From contig CM074520.1 of assembly GCA_037379345.1 (NCBI GenBank), positions 7,626,001-7,690,000 of the forward strand: DNA of 64,000 nt. Direction: 5' to 3'. The notes under the pieces were generated by a model. It did not search any database. It was not told where the DNA came from and saw only the letters and a program-made list of their open reading frames with translations. How positions within the stretch are numbered: the first letter of the stretch is position 1; every line of letters begins with the position of its first letter. Both the position numbers and the translations under genes were made by a program. Of the stretch, positions 1-13,500 are shown piece after piece. The stretch comes from Perna viridis. Lineage: Eukaryota.

Positions 1-1354
1 CTTTATTTTGCCTTTGTTTATGTATTGTTTTCTACTTGGTTTTATTTGTTTTGTCTTTATATTTGACTTTTGTTATTGCTTGATTTGTTATCCTTTAATT
101 TTATTATCAAGATATTCATCCGTGATGCCGCATTTCAAACACATGTACTGTTTCCAACGGACAGCTTTTATCCGTTATTCTTTGGTTTTTTTCTTTTCTT
201 CTTCATTTTTTCATGTTTTGGTGTAATTTGTTGTTGTTAAATTCATGTCATAATTTGCTATCTGACGTAATTTTATAGGAAATAAATTTTAATTGGAGCT
301 TGCAGTGGGAATCATTTGCCCTTTTCTTCCGCACTTCCGCCAGTTTGCTTAGTTTATCTCCACTGCATATCCGTCTCTTTCTCTGTCATCGTTTCATCTA
401 TGAATAAATAACTTTTATGCACTTGTCAATTGACAACAGTTTATTTTCTCCCTCGGCAAAAACCGGAAATAGCAGTAAGTCAATATATGATTTCCCATGA
501 AATCTACAGATTTAATGCGCTTTATTTACTGTCAAAAAGATTACGTAACACCTTCTACATTGAACAAAACAATAGACTTGATTAATTCAATGGAAATAAA
601 GATATTAAAGTACCACATAAATGCCATTAATGCACTTTTTGTTTTAATGTTAAACCAATCCTCGAATTTTAAATCGGTTTTTCCTAATACGGATTTTGAA
701 TATCTTTTCATTTCTCTTTTATACACTACATCTGAACCCTTCCCAGACTTAATGTTTTCTCTATTTTATGCAGATGTTCGGTTTCGACAAGTTAAAAATA
801 CTGAAACTGATATAATGACATTTAAAACATCTGATCAAAGAATATAAAAATTTCAGCCACATTTCGTATATTCAAAGAAAAATGACGGAGCCGTAATTTT
901 CAGATACAAAGTGACTCTGTAAATAATGTAAACCAAGCTTAGATTTTGCTTTTTTTTTTGTGTTATTTATCTTGTTTTGGATTTGATTACATTGTTACTG
1001 ATTTGTACAAAACCAATATGATGTATATAGATTTCATAACGATGTTTCAATGAGCGTTATTTGACATCATTCTTCCTCACTTTGTCGATCAAAACCATTG
1101 CCTGAAAGTGAAAGGTTCTACTACGTAAATGTCATTACTATAACTGAATCTGTTGCATCTGTCTTCTGTCGTTCATATACTCGTCTTGTGTTCCTGCCTT
1201 ATATAAGCTAGGTGTGGTACTGTAAAATTTTCACGTATTAAATTAAGAACATAAGTCCGATCATTCGACGATCATTCTAGTTAGGAACTTTGCCAATGCA
1301 TGATTCAGCTGTTTGACGCTATTATCAGTTTTTTACCACTGTTGAACAAATGTA

Positions 1355-1617
1355 TTCCCTTCTTCTTTCGTCTACCCCGGACTTGACTTGATAAACTCGG
1401 CGGGTGTTTCTAGAAAAGCAAAAACAGGGGACGCTTACCCTACCGGTGCACCTGGTCCATACTCCCAGTGTTTAGTTACTTTTGCTTTTGTTACTTTGTA
1501 TGTATGATTTAATTACTCTATGTTCTTTGTTGTGTGTGTCATTTTTCCATGTCTGGTCTTTGTCCCTGGATTACGTTCTTTTTATTTCCGCTGTAACCTT
1601 GGTTCCTTTGATTACTC
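1355..1617 (+). mobile_element. PLE 3'-end fragment
   Basis: gacgcttaccctaccggtgcacctggtccat ... ttgattactc. Confidence 0.8.
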
Positions 1618-3307
1618 GTTTAGCTTTATATAAGGCCTTTGTTGTTAAACGGAGAGTGACTCACTAAGATGTCTTTGTTTCTACTTGGAGGGATTCAGGC
1701 AATTAACTGCACTATTCCACATCATTAGTCAGTCATTGGATTCTAAAGGTATTCATTTTCGTGGTAGGCTTTTCTATTTCGGTACTTAAGGCATAATGTT
1801 AAATGAAAAAAAAAATTATGTCAATGCAAAATCAATGCATATCTGGTTGTTTATTTTGGTATCTGTTAAAACAACAACTCAAGTTTTACTGGCCGTAAAG
1901 TTGTAAATGGGTAACAGTCTTAAATCTGAATTTTCTTTTTTAAAGCTGTTTATATGTCATAGGTTATGTTTCAGCGTTTTGTTACTGAAATGTTAACGTG
2001 TTGATGAAACAGGTTTCACGTATTTAAACTAAAGACAAATCAAAGCGATACACATCTAAGTAATGGCGACAAAGTTGCATTAAGTATCAAATTTAACGCA
2101 TGATATGTCCATTACATATGAGAATCTGAACATAAGCCGGATTGATTTCTAACATGTGTTTGTTTTTCTAGTTAAAATACAAGATCATTATCCATCATTG
2201 TTGTTTTCCACAGTGATTCGTTAGAAGTATAGTTGGGCAATAGCCGAAAACTCCTTATTTCCTCGGATAGATTTCGATGAAAATTCCTGGGATTTACAAA
2301 AAATTATAAAACTGATAATAGATTTAAGTTTAATACGTATTATACCAATGCCTAGTATTGGTTAGAAAAAATTAAGAATTAGATGGGAATCATTTAGTGT
2401 ATCTACATACCTATATATATCTATTGACATTGACTATAGCTTTTCACAGATAATTATATTCATACATATGTATTGTACATATAAATGTACTTGGTGTTTC
2501 TTCTGTCATCAAGTACTTATTATTTTTAATCGATAAGATTAGTTAGTGTTACAATTAACAAGATAACAACTATAGAAACAGGTTTCAAAATTTATTTTTC
2601 AAAAGCAAAATGCATGAGAGGAATTGATTATTAATTATCAAATGATGCGACATTTTTTTTTTTTCATAAACTAAATATTCTTTGATAATTGAATATTTTA
2701 TTCTTTTCTGTTTTTATTTAAGATCGGAAAACTAATTTATTACAAAGATATGGAAAATGGCATAACATTTTAATAATTTTTCCAAGTATTTCCAACTTCT
2801 CTGAAACTTTCAGTACTTCGGGACGGTAGTTTCTGGTAATTACCAGAGGAAATTTCTTGCATCGGTATTTCCCGGCCAACCCTGTCAGACGAATTGTAAG
2901 CAGAATAAGTGGTATTAGGTTCGTACCGGGGTCTTTAAAGCATTTCAGGAAACTACATAAAACATTTTTTGGTGTAATTGATAACAATAGAGAATAAACA
3001 TATGGCACCGAGAGCAATATGTCTTCACAGTAGATATATATTACAAAGGAAGCCGGAAATTGAAAAATAAAACGGTAACAAAACGCTATATAAATGTCTT
3101 GACGTTGTATCGTGTTGAGGTACAAATGTATCCGAATTTTTTTTCCGAACATGCTATTATAAATAACGAAAAAAAAACAGGTCAAATACTGAGTGATAGC
3201 ATACATTTTGTCCAGTTCAATCCCCGGCCGATTCATATCAGAGAATTTTACATTTGCAGTCACTGCTTCTCCACCAAGCACGCAGTATTTGGGGGGGGGA
3301 TTGACGG

Positions 3308-3514
3308 CTGGTTGACTTAGAGTCAGAATGTTCTGGCATACATCATGTGGGCTGTTGCTTCTGTGAACTACAAATCAAGCTCAGCGTTATTGTACTAGTC
3401 AAAAGCAGAGTTTGTTCTACTGGACAATTGTTCTCGTCTTTTCGGCTTGAAATGCATGACATATCTGCCATAGGACGTTAAAATATAATAAAAAAATAAA
3501 TCAGTCAATCAATT
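3308..3514 (+). mobile_element. Decayed SINE (resembles bivalve Meta-domain SINEs) with (AATC)n-like tail
   Basis: ctggttgact..agtcag...ctgttgcttctgtgaacta...ctcagcgtt...ctagtcaaaagcag...gacgttaaa...aatcagtcaatcaat; family recalled from memory, not searched. Confidence 0.45.
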
Positions 3515-3944
3515 AAATGATTACACATGGGAAATACTTTACAAAATGTCATTGTACGAAAAGCTTAAACTTTAAACATATGTGTTTTAATGGAGAGCAA
3601 TACAAACATTTAACGTTTTATCAATGTTAAAATTTAGGCGTCATACGTATCATGGTTTCCCAACTGTTTAATATTATACCTCAGTTTGTTTAGTTTGTTT
3701 ACACATGCTGTCCCAGAAAGGCTATGACGCTCAAACAAAAATCTTGTTTTTTTTACCTAGTGGGGTATGAAAATAAACTTATACTGAAAAAGAATCCGAG
3801 AATATTCTTTGGCGACGAATTGATTCGGAAATGAGAGGTATAAAGGTACCTAAAATCACCACAAGTTGATGAGTGGGGGATGCACGGTGGACCCGCCCAG
3901 CCCATGGGCTACGTGGGTTACTGTTTTATTTCACTTTCAGAAAG

Positions 3945-4267
3945 GATGAGTCGACTCGTTCCGATAATTATGTCGACAAGTTGACATATATATCAGGACA
4001 TGTCAACATCAGTATCTCAACAACCTGACTTCATGAAGGCAGTTGCGAGAGGACAAGTCAACTTGTTTCGATAATTATGTTATCATGTGCAGGTAGTGAG
4101 CAATATCTCGACCAAAGGACTAGATTTTGAGATGTGCTATGTCGACTTGTTGAGAAAGGATGTCTACTTGACTAGATAATTTTCGTGTTAAGTGGATAGT
4201 TATGTCGACATATTGGCATAATTATCTTGATAGCTAAACTTGTCGACGGCAGAAATAAGCCTCCATA
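3945..4267. repeat. Degenerate array of gtcgac/gtcaac palindromic units, probably a transposon remnant
   Basis: Repeated ataattatgtcgac / gtcgacttgtt motifs. Confidence 0.5.
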
Positions 4268-4335
4268 TTATATTTTGTACACCGTGAGTTTTTTTTATAA
4301 CTTCTTTAAATTTCTACTATAATTAGTCATAATAC

Positions 4336-4647
4336 CATCGTTTAGCCAGATACTTTAATCCCAGTTTGACGTATTATCGTTACACAATCTAAGTTTACGG
4401 ATTTTATACATCACACCGACCCAGTAGAACTTGAGATAAAGGATATTATTTATGTTGACCTACACCACCTAGAGATATATGGTTAAAGAAAACTAATGAC
4501 TAAACTATACGACAAAAGCGATGACTTTGTAAGTATCATTTTGGTTATTTTATGTTCTTTGTTGTGTGCGTCTATTTTCCATGTCTGGTCTTTTCCTTGG
4601 ATTACAGTCTTTTGATTTCCGCTAGAATCTTGGTTCTCTTAGTTATT
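4336..4647 (+). mobile_element. PLE fragment with internal deletion (RT piece fused to the 3' terminus)
   Basis: Matches ~44395-44600, then the ttatgttctttgttgtg...ccgctagaatcttgg terminus. Confidence 0.7.
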
Positions 4648-7335
4648 TTTTTCAAATCTTACGCTTGTAATTCTTTTTACAATTCTTTTTGCAATTACTT
4701 TGAAATCGTTATCGTATGTAAAAAAAGGTCTAAACAGTTTTTTTTTTAATTTCATTTTATCGACATAAGCCTTGTTATCATATTGATTAAGAAAGTTTTC
4801 TTTACTTCAGTTGTTTTGTTTCAATTTATAATATTTGTTCCTAGTTGTTATTGGTGGATTTTTGTGTTCCTGGTTTTGTTTTAGTTTTTTGGGTTTTTTT
4901 TTCTTTTTTTTTCTTTTTTTTCCCATAACATAGACTTTTGTTTTTCCCCCAAGATCTCGTAGCTCACCATTATATTGAATCATAATTGTAAGCCAAAAAA
5001 GAAAAAAAATCATACCAATCAACACAAAAGTGTATTAAAATAAATAATCAATTGGTTGTATTATTTTTGTTTTGTCTAGCCTTAAGGCAAGCAATGCTTT
5101 ATTCTGTTTTAAAACAACGTCAAAAGTTGCATCGTTTATCTTCATTTGTAAATGATTAAGTCAATACCCTTGAACCTTCGACCTTCCTCTTGAATATGGA
5201 ACATTAAAAATTACAAAGACAGAACACAGATTTGCCTGGGTCCAATCCTCTTACCTCATAAGGTTGTAAAATAGTGTTTATAGTGTTATATTTTACATAC
5301 TTCAATGCATTGGCATTACAGTTTCTTTGAAGCAAATTTACAAATGACTATGTTATTATGGTGTAAAGTGATTAAGCACATTTAAAAAAAAACAGAGGTA
5401 AAGACCAAACACTTTTGCCTTTCAGTTTAAGTTCACAGTAAAATGTGATTGGAGAAGTAGACAAATATATTATAACCCTAAATATACAAAGTCATCATAT
5501 TTCCCGTGGTCAAAGAACAGGAAAACCACAAAAAAGAGGGTACAAACAAAAGCAACTTGATGAAATCAACAGGATATATACAGAAAAGGGTCCTTGTGTA
5601 AACAATCAATCCGGGCCCTTTCAAACAATTTAAAACATGAATCATGGTTTAAGTTAAGACTAACCTGCGTACGTAGTCGTTCATGTTCATTTATTCCTTT
5701 GAAAAAAATGTTTTTAGTTATACCAGCAATTATATATGTTGTATGGTTTACAGCTGAATTTTACATAACGGAAAAACCTCATTGATGATAGAGTTGGTTA
5801 AACTTATTTAGATATCTCTTATGTGACTATTTTATCAAGGCCGCCCATAAAACTGAATACGAAGTTTTCACAGATTTATTTCTATGAACAGTATACAAAA
5901 GTATGATATGACATTTAACAAAATAAACTATTGTTAAATAAAAGTTAACATCTAAAAAGTCATAAATAAACTATAGTATACACCGAATTATACAAAAGAG
6001 TAATCAAAAAAAAAAAAAATAATCTTTAATGATTCTAGCTGAAGAGTTCTTTTCAGGAGTCTTACATATTTACTGAAATATTTGCACAAAACAACAAAAA
6101 AACGGTTATAAAATAATATTTTCGTGACGAAAATTGAATATGTTTCGTTTGGAAACGTTTCAATGACAATCCTAATTACTATTTTCAGACCAAACCCATT
6201 ACAAAGCTTATACAGCGGAAGCTTTGTATCGTTTTTCTTATTTCCCAAACCATTTTTTTATTTCATATGATAGTAAAATACGTCTTTCTAACTTTAGACG
6301 CAGAACCATAAAGAAGTTATTTTTTGGCATACGGAAAAGTAACTATATTTTTCATCTTTCCAACAGTTTCTGATTTGGATATATGATTATCATTTATGTC
6401 TGACAAAAGAGGTTCTCTGAATGAGCGAATATAATTTTGTGTTAGAAAAGCAATATTTTCATACTAAATGGTCATTTCTGGAATCAGTTATCAGCAAAGC
6501 TCGAAAAAATATTGAAAAGCAATTGCATATGTGTTTTGATATCTGTGAGAATTACATTACTTGCATTTGCCAATGTTTCCATTTTTATCTCTGAATGCAT
6601 TGACAACAAACACATTTTTTTCATGATAAATTGAAAATTTTGAAATTAATTAATAAAGAATAAAAAGAATCACAGTTTTGACGCCATGGGCCAACATGAA
6701 AACGGGACCAAAACAATACCTTGACACACGATAAGATTCACAAAGAAATTTCTCAAAGTGATAACCCAAATATCCATTCAAGACTTATTAAGTGATAGTA
6801 AAGACCGGTTACTCAGGTTATTGTACCGAGAGTGAATGAATGTCAGCGGTTGACGTCGAAGACGACGTAAAAATTTAATTACTGTTACTTTTACGGTAAA
6901 ACAAAAACTAGATATTTTTGTGTCTAGTAACCAAGTATAAATGAACCTTAATCATTCATTATCGATTTAACAAAATAAAAAAAAAAGCAATAGTGATATA
7001 TGCCATATAAAACAATTCAATACCGGCAGTAACACATTAACGATTGTCAGCTGAAATGTGAATGTGATTACACAAAATTGAAAACAGTAACTCTTTACTT
7101 ATTTTGGAACAAGAAAGTTTGATTAATGAATAAAAATAATTGCGAAATAAATGCCAAATATTTTAATTAACTTTGCATTGTTTTTTGGTCTACTCTTAAT
7201 GCACACACGTAAAAATACAAAAAAAAAATAGAATTCAAATATAAAGTCTAAAAGATAAGTTAATATTATAACCATTGTTTAAAGATATCACACTTAAGAA
7301 AAAGTAAATCACAAGCGTTTCCTCGATCGTCGCTC

Positions 7336-7525
7336 CTATTTGTCATTTATAGATAATGATTTGACTACCAAATCAATATGATCGATCTTTCCATCTGGTG
7401 GTGCACCCGGATATGTGTATCCATCCAGAAAGTAACAAATACCAGGAATATCGTCCGGAAATCCATCAGGTAAAACCTCGCGTGATCTCGGAGTATAGCG
7501 GAACCCTTCTGTATTCTGTAAATAA
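7336..7525 (-). CDS. GUCY1A: sGC alpha last coding exon ([19 protein letters not shown]...GICYFL...INDK*)
   Basis: ccag| acceptor; alpha-type [18 protein letters not shown] tail; TAG at 7336-7338. Confidence 0.92.
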
Positions 7526-10500
7526 CTGGAAAATACACGATAATGGTTAAAGTAAAACGATTGAAAGAACTATAGCTAAAATGCTTCTTGTGGAATAGAA
7601 GCTATTAAAATCTACCTCGACAGTAAAAGAGACAATTATTTACTACGTGCTTGAGTTTAACATTTTTCTAAATATTTCTTGGGTGTTCACCAATAAATTT
7701 TAATTGAAACTGACAGATAAGAGCAAGTTTTAAAAACATAATAATACAATGGAAGATTTTGGACGATAGATGCAGTATATCCTCAGTGGTGAGGTATTAA
7801 ACATTACCATAAAGAGCAACAGTTGCGGGAGTTAATACAAAAACGGGAAACAAACACGTTCAACTTTACCCCAAAACTTATTTTCCATTCACCAATCATT
7901 GACAAAACACAAAAATATACAAGCCAAAAATTTGCCATAATTTACCTAAGAGTGTTTTCCTTTGATAATTACCCAATGAAGTATCTATGCAAGTATTTGA
8001 CAGTAGCCAATATTACCCAATTTGTGTATTAAATTTTGTGCAGTTGAACAGCGGTTTATCTTAGTATGTTTGTTAATTACCAACCCAATAACACTTAAAT
8101 ACCTATGTGTAGTTGGACTGATGTTTATTCTAGTTGCTTCACTGCCAGATTCAAACTTATTTGCCAAAGTGACATTGTTTCCAAATAAACAGTATCTAGG
8201 CATGCGTACACCAACAATTCCAGCTAGGACCGGGCCACTATGCAATCCAATTCGCATCTAGCAATAAATCAGAATAAAGCATCAATACACAAACATAGTT
8301 TAAATATAAGATTTTAGATCGATGCGTATGATTAACACATTTCGGTTTACCATTGACGACTTGTCATCGGGAATCGTTTAAGACAATTTAATGAATATAA
8401 TAGTTAATAAACCAGAATTATCTGATCCATTTTTATCATAGATTATTAACCGTTTTTCCAGTATTACGAAAGTCAAAGGTTCTTAAAAACTCAGGCTGTG
8501 TACAATATAATACCATATAAAAAAACTTAGGCTGTGTACAATATAATACCATATAAAAAACTGAGGCTGTGTACAATATAATACCATATATCAATTTGAT
8601 TGGCATTAATGTATTACATACGTCTAGATAACAAAGTGATCATCAACAAAAAGAATTTTCGAATTAGTCATTATTACCCTTATAGTGTTTCCATCGTGTG
8701 ACTTTTCCTTGCCAGCTGTATCCATCATCCTAATTGCCATCCATGCTATTTGTTGGGCGTGGTATTTTGAAGCCCGATGTAGACCCCCAGCTACACAATA
8801 TGCATCTCCAATGGTCTCTACCTACGATTTAAAGAAAAATTGATATCTTATGAAATGCAACTCACAAAAAAACTAAAACTAATTGATTGTTTTTCGTGGG
8901 ATGAAATTAGATATTAAAAACTAATGATTTGTTTTAAAATAAATAGGCCTTCAAATATTGCATCAAATTTATCGGCGAAAAAGAAGTCAATAAGTATGTT
9001 AGAATATACGAATATGTGCAAACGGAATTTTACTAATTGCTAAGTATTGAGTTTGTTAGTTAACATATTTGTACGAAAATCTTATATTGTCAATCAAATG
9101 AACAAAATCGTGCATTGGATCAGTCATATACTTTTTTATTTTATTACTAGAAGAATTTATCATTAATTTCAGACTGTTTAATAACCCATTAATATCGTCT
9201 TATCATTAAAATTTTATTTCTCATATTCTAGTATAAAGGGCAAATCATTAAGAATCATTAAATATAAATTTTTAATATTTGATGTTATTGCCTAGTCCTT
9301 TTTACAAAGTAATTCCCTAAAGATTAACATTTTATGACCTAAATGTTAAAGCTTAAAGTACCACCATCCAAAGACTACATTACAAAGATAATGAAAAAAA
9401 ATGTATACCAAAACGTGATATTTCTTTTTATAAATAGCCGCCAATGTCATCTGAATATGTGGTGAACCTTGGTATAAGCAGCTTTTCGACGTTTATGAGC
9501 TTTTGAAAAATGACACCTTTATCGGTCAAAGTCGAATGGTAGGATTTTGCCTAGACATTACTTGACAAGTGATTTATTATGTATCAAATAAAATGGCAGG
9601 TTTGTGATGAAGAACATCCGTAATATGTATTAAGTTTCAATTATAAAACTTAATGGCCTTTATCATAAAGTCCCAATTAACGAACTCGGATGACTTTTGA
9701 CACACAATCATGGTTACTATTAAAGTAAAGAACAACAGCAGACATCTCTGTCATTCACATTTCAAATTCAACCCTTTAAAAAAGACATATAATTATTTTA
9801 TAGTAAGGGGTTCCATAATACTAAATATGTAGACACAAACACAAAATTGCTTTTAGTAAGTTCAATCGTAATCAGAGCGAACATTTAATTTCGGAAGTCA
9901 TATAAAACAATATCGGAAACAGAAACACATATCATGCATAAAAATAAAATGATAATGGGTGATAGATAAAACAACACAGAGAAATCTAGATGAAGAAGAG
10001 ACCACGGACTCCATTAAAAACTAGGCGAATGCATTATGCGCTCTGGTGGGATTAGTATCATTTGCTATGAAGAAACACCCGAACGATTCACAAAATACAT
10101 ATTTTGTCAAGAAAGAGATAGGGTATATTAAACGATTGATTAAAACATGCATGTTTTTGAATAGATGTAAAATATTCAGATATACTTTTTTTGACAAGTT
10201 TACCTTGTAGACATCGAGTTCGCCACAGTAATAGTCAAACTGAGTATATAAGGAGTTCAGCATGTTGATAACCATAAGCGGTGTACACGACGAACATATT
10301 GCAGTAAAACCTACTATATCACTAAATAACATAGTTACTTCGTCGATTTTCATTGGCTCTATAGTTTCTCCTGAAATAATGCAAATATTGTACCTAGGTT
10401 AATAGTAACTTTCTAATATTCACTCTTGTATTGTTTTTTTTTTAATTTTAATTCTAATTTTTAAATTATGATTGCTTTAATAACAAAACATAAAATTTCA

Positions 10501-13500
10501 TTTCGTAGCAGGTAATAAAAACACATTAACTTGGTTTGGTGTAGTTAATATATTTCTAAGAAAACAATTTCAAATTCTATCCTGACAGTAACTACTATTT
10601 CAGTTGCGTTAATTTCATTCAATCGATCAAAAGACTTTTTATGTCTTACCTCTCCAAAGACTTGTAGCAATTTTCTCAGGAAATATCATATGAAGTAATT
10701 CAACATTTTTCTTCTTTTCTGTTTGAACAGCTTCACTTCCTTCAATGATACTTCTTTTCATCTGTTCCATTCGTTTCTTTAGGCCGTCCTAAATTTGGAA
10801 AGTAAATTATTGTCTTAAATGACCTTTAATTCCCCCAATCGAGTTTCCAAAACTTCTTATCTCAGATGAGTGGTGTCGCATACATCATTATTATCATGTT
10901 AGTTTGCTTATATTGTTATGAACATTTCTTAGATTTTCCATTCCCTGTAAAATATTGTTTATATGGAATGATTGTGGTAGTTTTATTTTTTCGAAAAGCA
11001 AATTGGTTTAATTTATTTAGACCGGCATTACAAATTTGTGCGCACTTTCGATTTTTTTTTTCTGAAATCGCAAAATGTCCAAATTCAGTGTTCATTTTCT
11101 TAGGCCTACACCCTTCAAAAATGTTTTATGATATTATTTTAAACTGGTATTACAATGTTCGAAGAGCAGAATAATGAAAAGTCATTTTATATTGCCTATA
11201 AATCTTGTTGATTTCAATTAGGTTTTATAACAATTTTTATCAGTGGATATATTAGAATAAGTTACCAAAGCATCGCATGTTCAAAGAGGTTGAGAGAAGA
11301 AATTAACATACCAATATATAAATCAATATACTTTAAATGTAAACAAGGAAATCGGCAACGACCATATTTCCATAATAGTTCAACGTTCTTCTAAGGATGT
11401 ATCATTTTATAGCACATGGCCTATTGGGAATTTAAAATTAATCGCATCAATCTAAGTATTGTGCACTATTCAATCTTTTCGATACCTTTGAAGCTGGTAA
11501 AAAGTGTTAATGTTTCGCCTTTCTGGAAAAAAGTGAGCCTTTCATAAAAATGAAATATGCGTATGGTGTGTCGTTAAAATTTAAACAACCTGGTTTAATC
11601 TACTAAAGATCTAGAAGAAAAACTAAATGTTGAATTAAATCAAACCCTATATCATGTTTATAACACTGCAATAATACTCTGTACATAGGCTTTCAGATAC
11701 GCATTTCGTAGATTTTTTTCATACTTTGATCTATACCTGAGCTTTGGTCTGTTCACCGACAAGTATGAGGTCCCTTGTTGCGTCGTGTATTGGAAGATCT
11801 GATATGTACAACCCTCGGGCTATCAGCTCGTCTAGCTTTTCAATACTTGGTGATCCTAGAAATAATATGTTGTCTGTCTCTTGTAGATAGATCATTTGTC
11901 CCTTCAGCTGCATATGCTATAAGCAAAAAAGGTTTCAACATTAGCATTTTAAATGTACGCTTTTTGGGAATAATTCAACTTTTTACAAAATGCACACTGA
12001 TATCTGCTGTAAATATACGTTGTTACCAAAGTCAGAACCTTGTGGGGCTTTTTTTCACGACGAAGTTTGTTGTGTTCAGAAATAATGATATAAGCATAAA
12101 AATATATTAGCTAAAGGTGAGCGACAACTTCTTATTACAAATGCATTAACCCATCTGCCCACATACTGTAAAAAGGGAAGGTACCAAAAATTTAAGTTTT
12201 ATGGTTGTCATCATGAACTCGTGGATCGTTATGGGGTATCCATCAGCACCATGAAAACTGATGTATTCAACGGGTCATAGTTTTCTCACCTCGTTTGACT
12301 ACCCCTACTTGACTTTTTATGAGCAACTCGGCGGGTGTTTCTAGAAAAGCAGAGGACGCTTACCCTACCGGTGCACCTGGTCCATACTCCCAGTTTTTAG
12401 TGGAGTCCGAGTTGCTCATTTACTTTTGTTACTTTGTATGTATGATTTTGGTTACTTTGTGTGCTTTGTTGTGTGTGTCTGTTTTCCATGTCTGGTCTTT
12501 GTCCCTGGATTGCATTCTTTTGATTACCGCTATAACCTTTGTTCCCTTGATTACTCTTTTAAGAACTATGAACATAGAAGCCGTTCTGTAATCTATTATT
12601 ATTATGCGTGTACTGGAAGACACTTCTTAAAAGCAATAAAATAAGACGTTTTATTTCTTTTTTTTCAAATTTCATTTTATATTTTGGCACATGTTCCTCC
12701 ATTAAATGACAGTCCTTTATAAAGATTTTAGATGAGAAGAAAAACATCTTGTTGTTGATAAATGTCAGCCACAAAAGAATCTTTAAGTCATGCAAAATCC
12801 GATTAAACTATTTAGTTTTGGATAATGTTGGTTGGTTATACCTTTTATACAACATACATATATGTGCCTATTTCATTGACAAATCTGGCGTTGTATTCAC
12901 CAAAGGTCGTAAGAGTAAAGTTGATTGTAATGACATCATAACAGAAAATAGCATTGTAACGTCATAATTTACGATCAATTTTACACTTACGACTTTTTGT
13001 GAATTTGACGCCAGATTGTTAAAATCTTAAAATGTTTGAGTGGCATTCTAGATTAACGCTGGTATTGTCAATTTACAAAGACTGGTGAATGATATCTACA
13101 TAGGATGACTCCCTGTAATTTTTCTCTAAGCCTTTACTTATCACTGTACACCCTTTTTCACGAAGCAACAGAAGAACTGGAAGTTGAACAAGATCAGCAA
13201 TGTTTTTGCATTCATCTTTCTGATACCTTAAAGGCATTTCATTTCTAGCCTATATAGCAGAAATGTACTTTCCGAGGAGGCGATTTATGATATATTTCGA
13301 GTTTACACAAAATATAGAGGCGACATTTCATCATAAGTAGACAATGTCAAAAATATGCCATATCAGACTATATATGACAGGCAGATTCACATATTAACAT
13401 TCTTTTCTTGACGAAAGAAATAGGTCATCTAAATGTATACGCTATGCGTAACAGTTTCTTGTCCAGATACGTTGTCTTTAATTTCATTTCCATGGAAAGC

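Noticed and set aside
2718-3320. 187-aa and 86-aa ORFs
   Set aside because: Non-ATG starts, no recognisable motifs, repeat-like context
8486-8590. CRISPR-like repeats (also 55903-56070)
   Set aside because: Head-to-tail repeats without unique spacers in eukaryotic introns; no cas genes
12319-12644. Recurrent ORFs of the ...[20 protein letters not shown]... type (also at 1482, 18667, 21090, 27443, 42741, 44967, 53258)
   Set aside because: Read-through of the PLE 3' UTR repeat, not a gene family; frames and stops vary between copies
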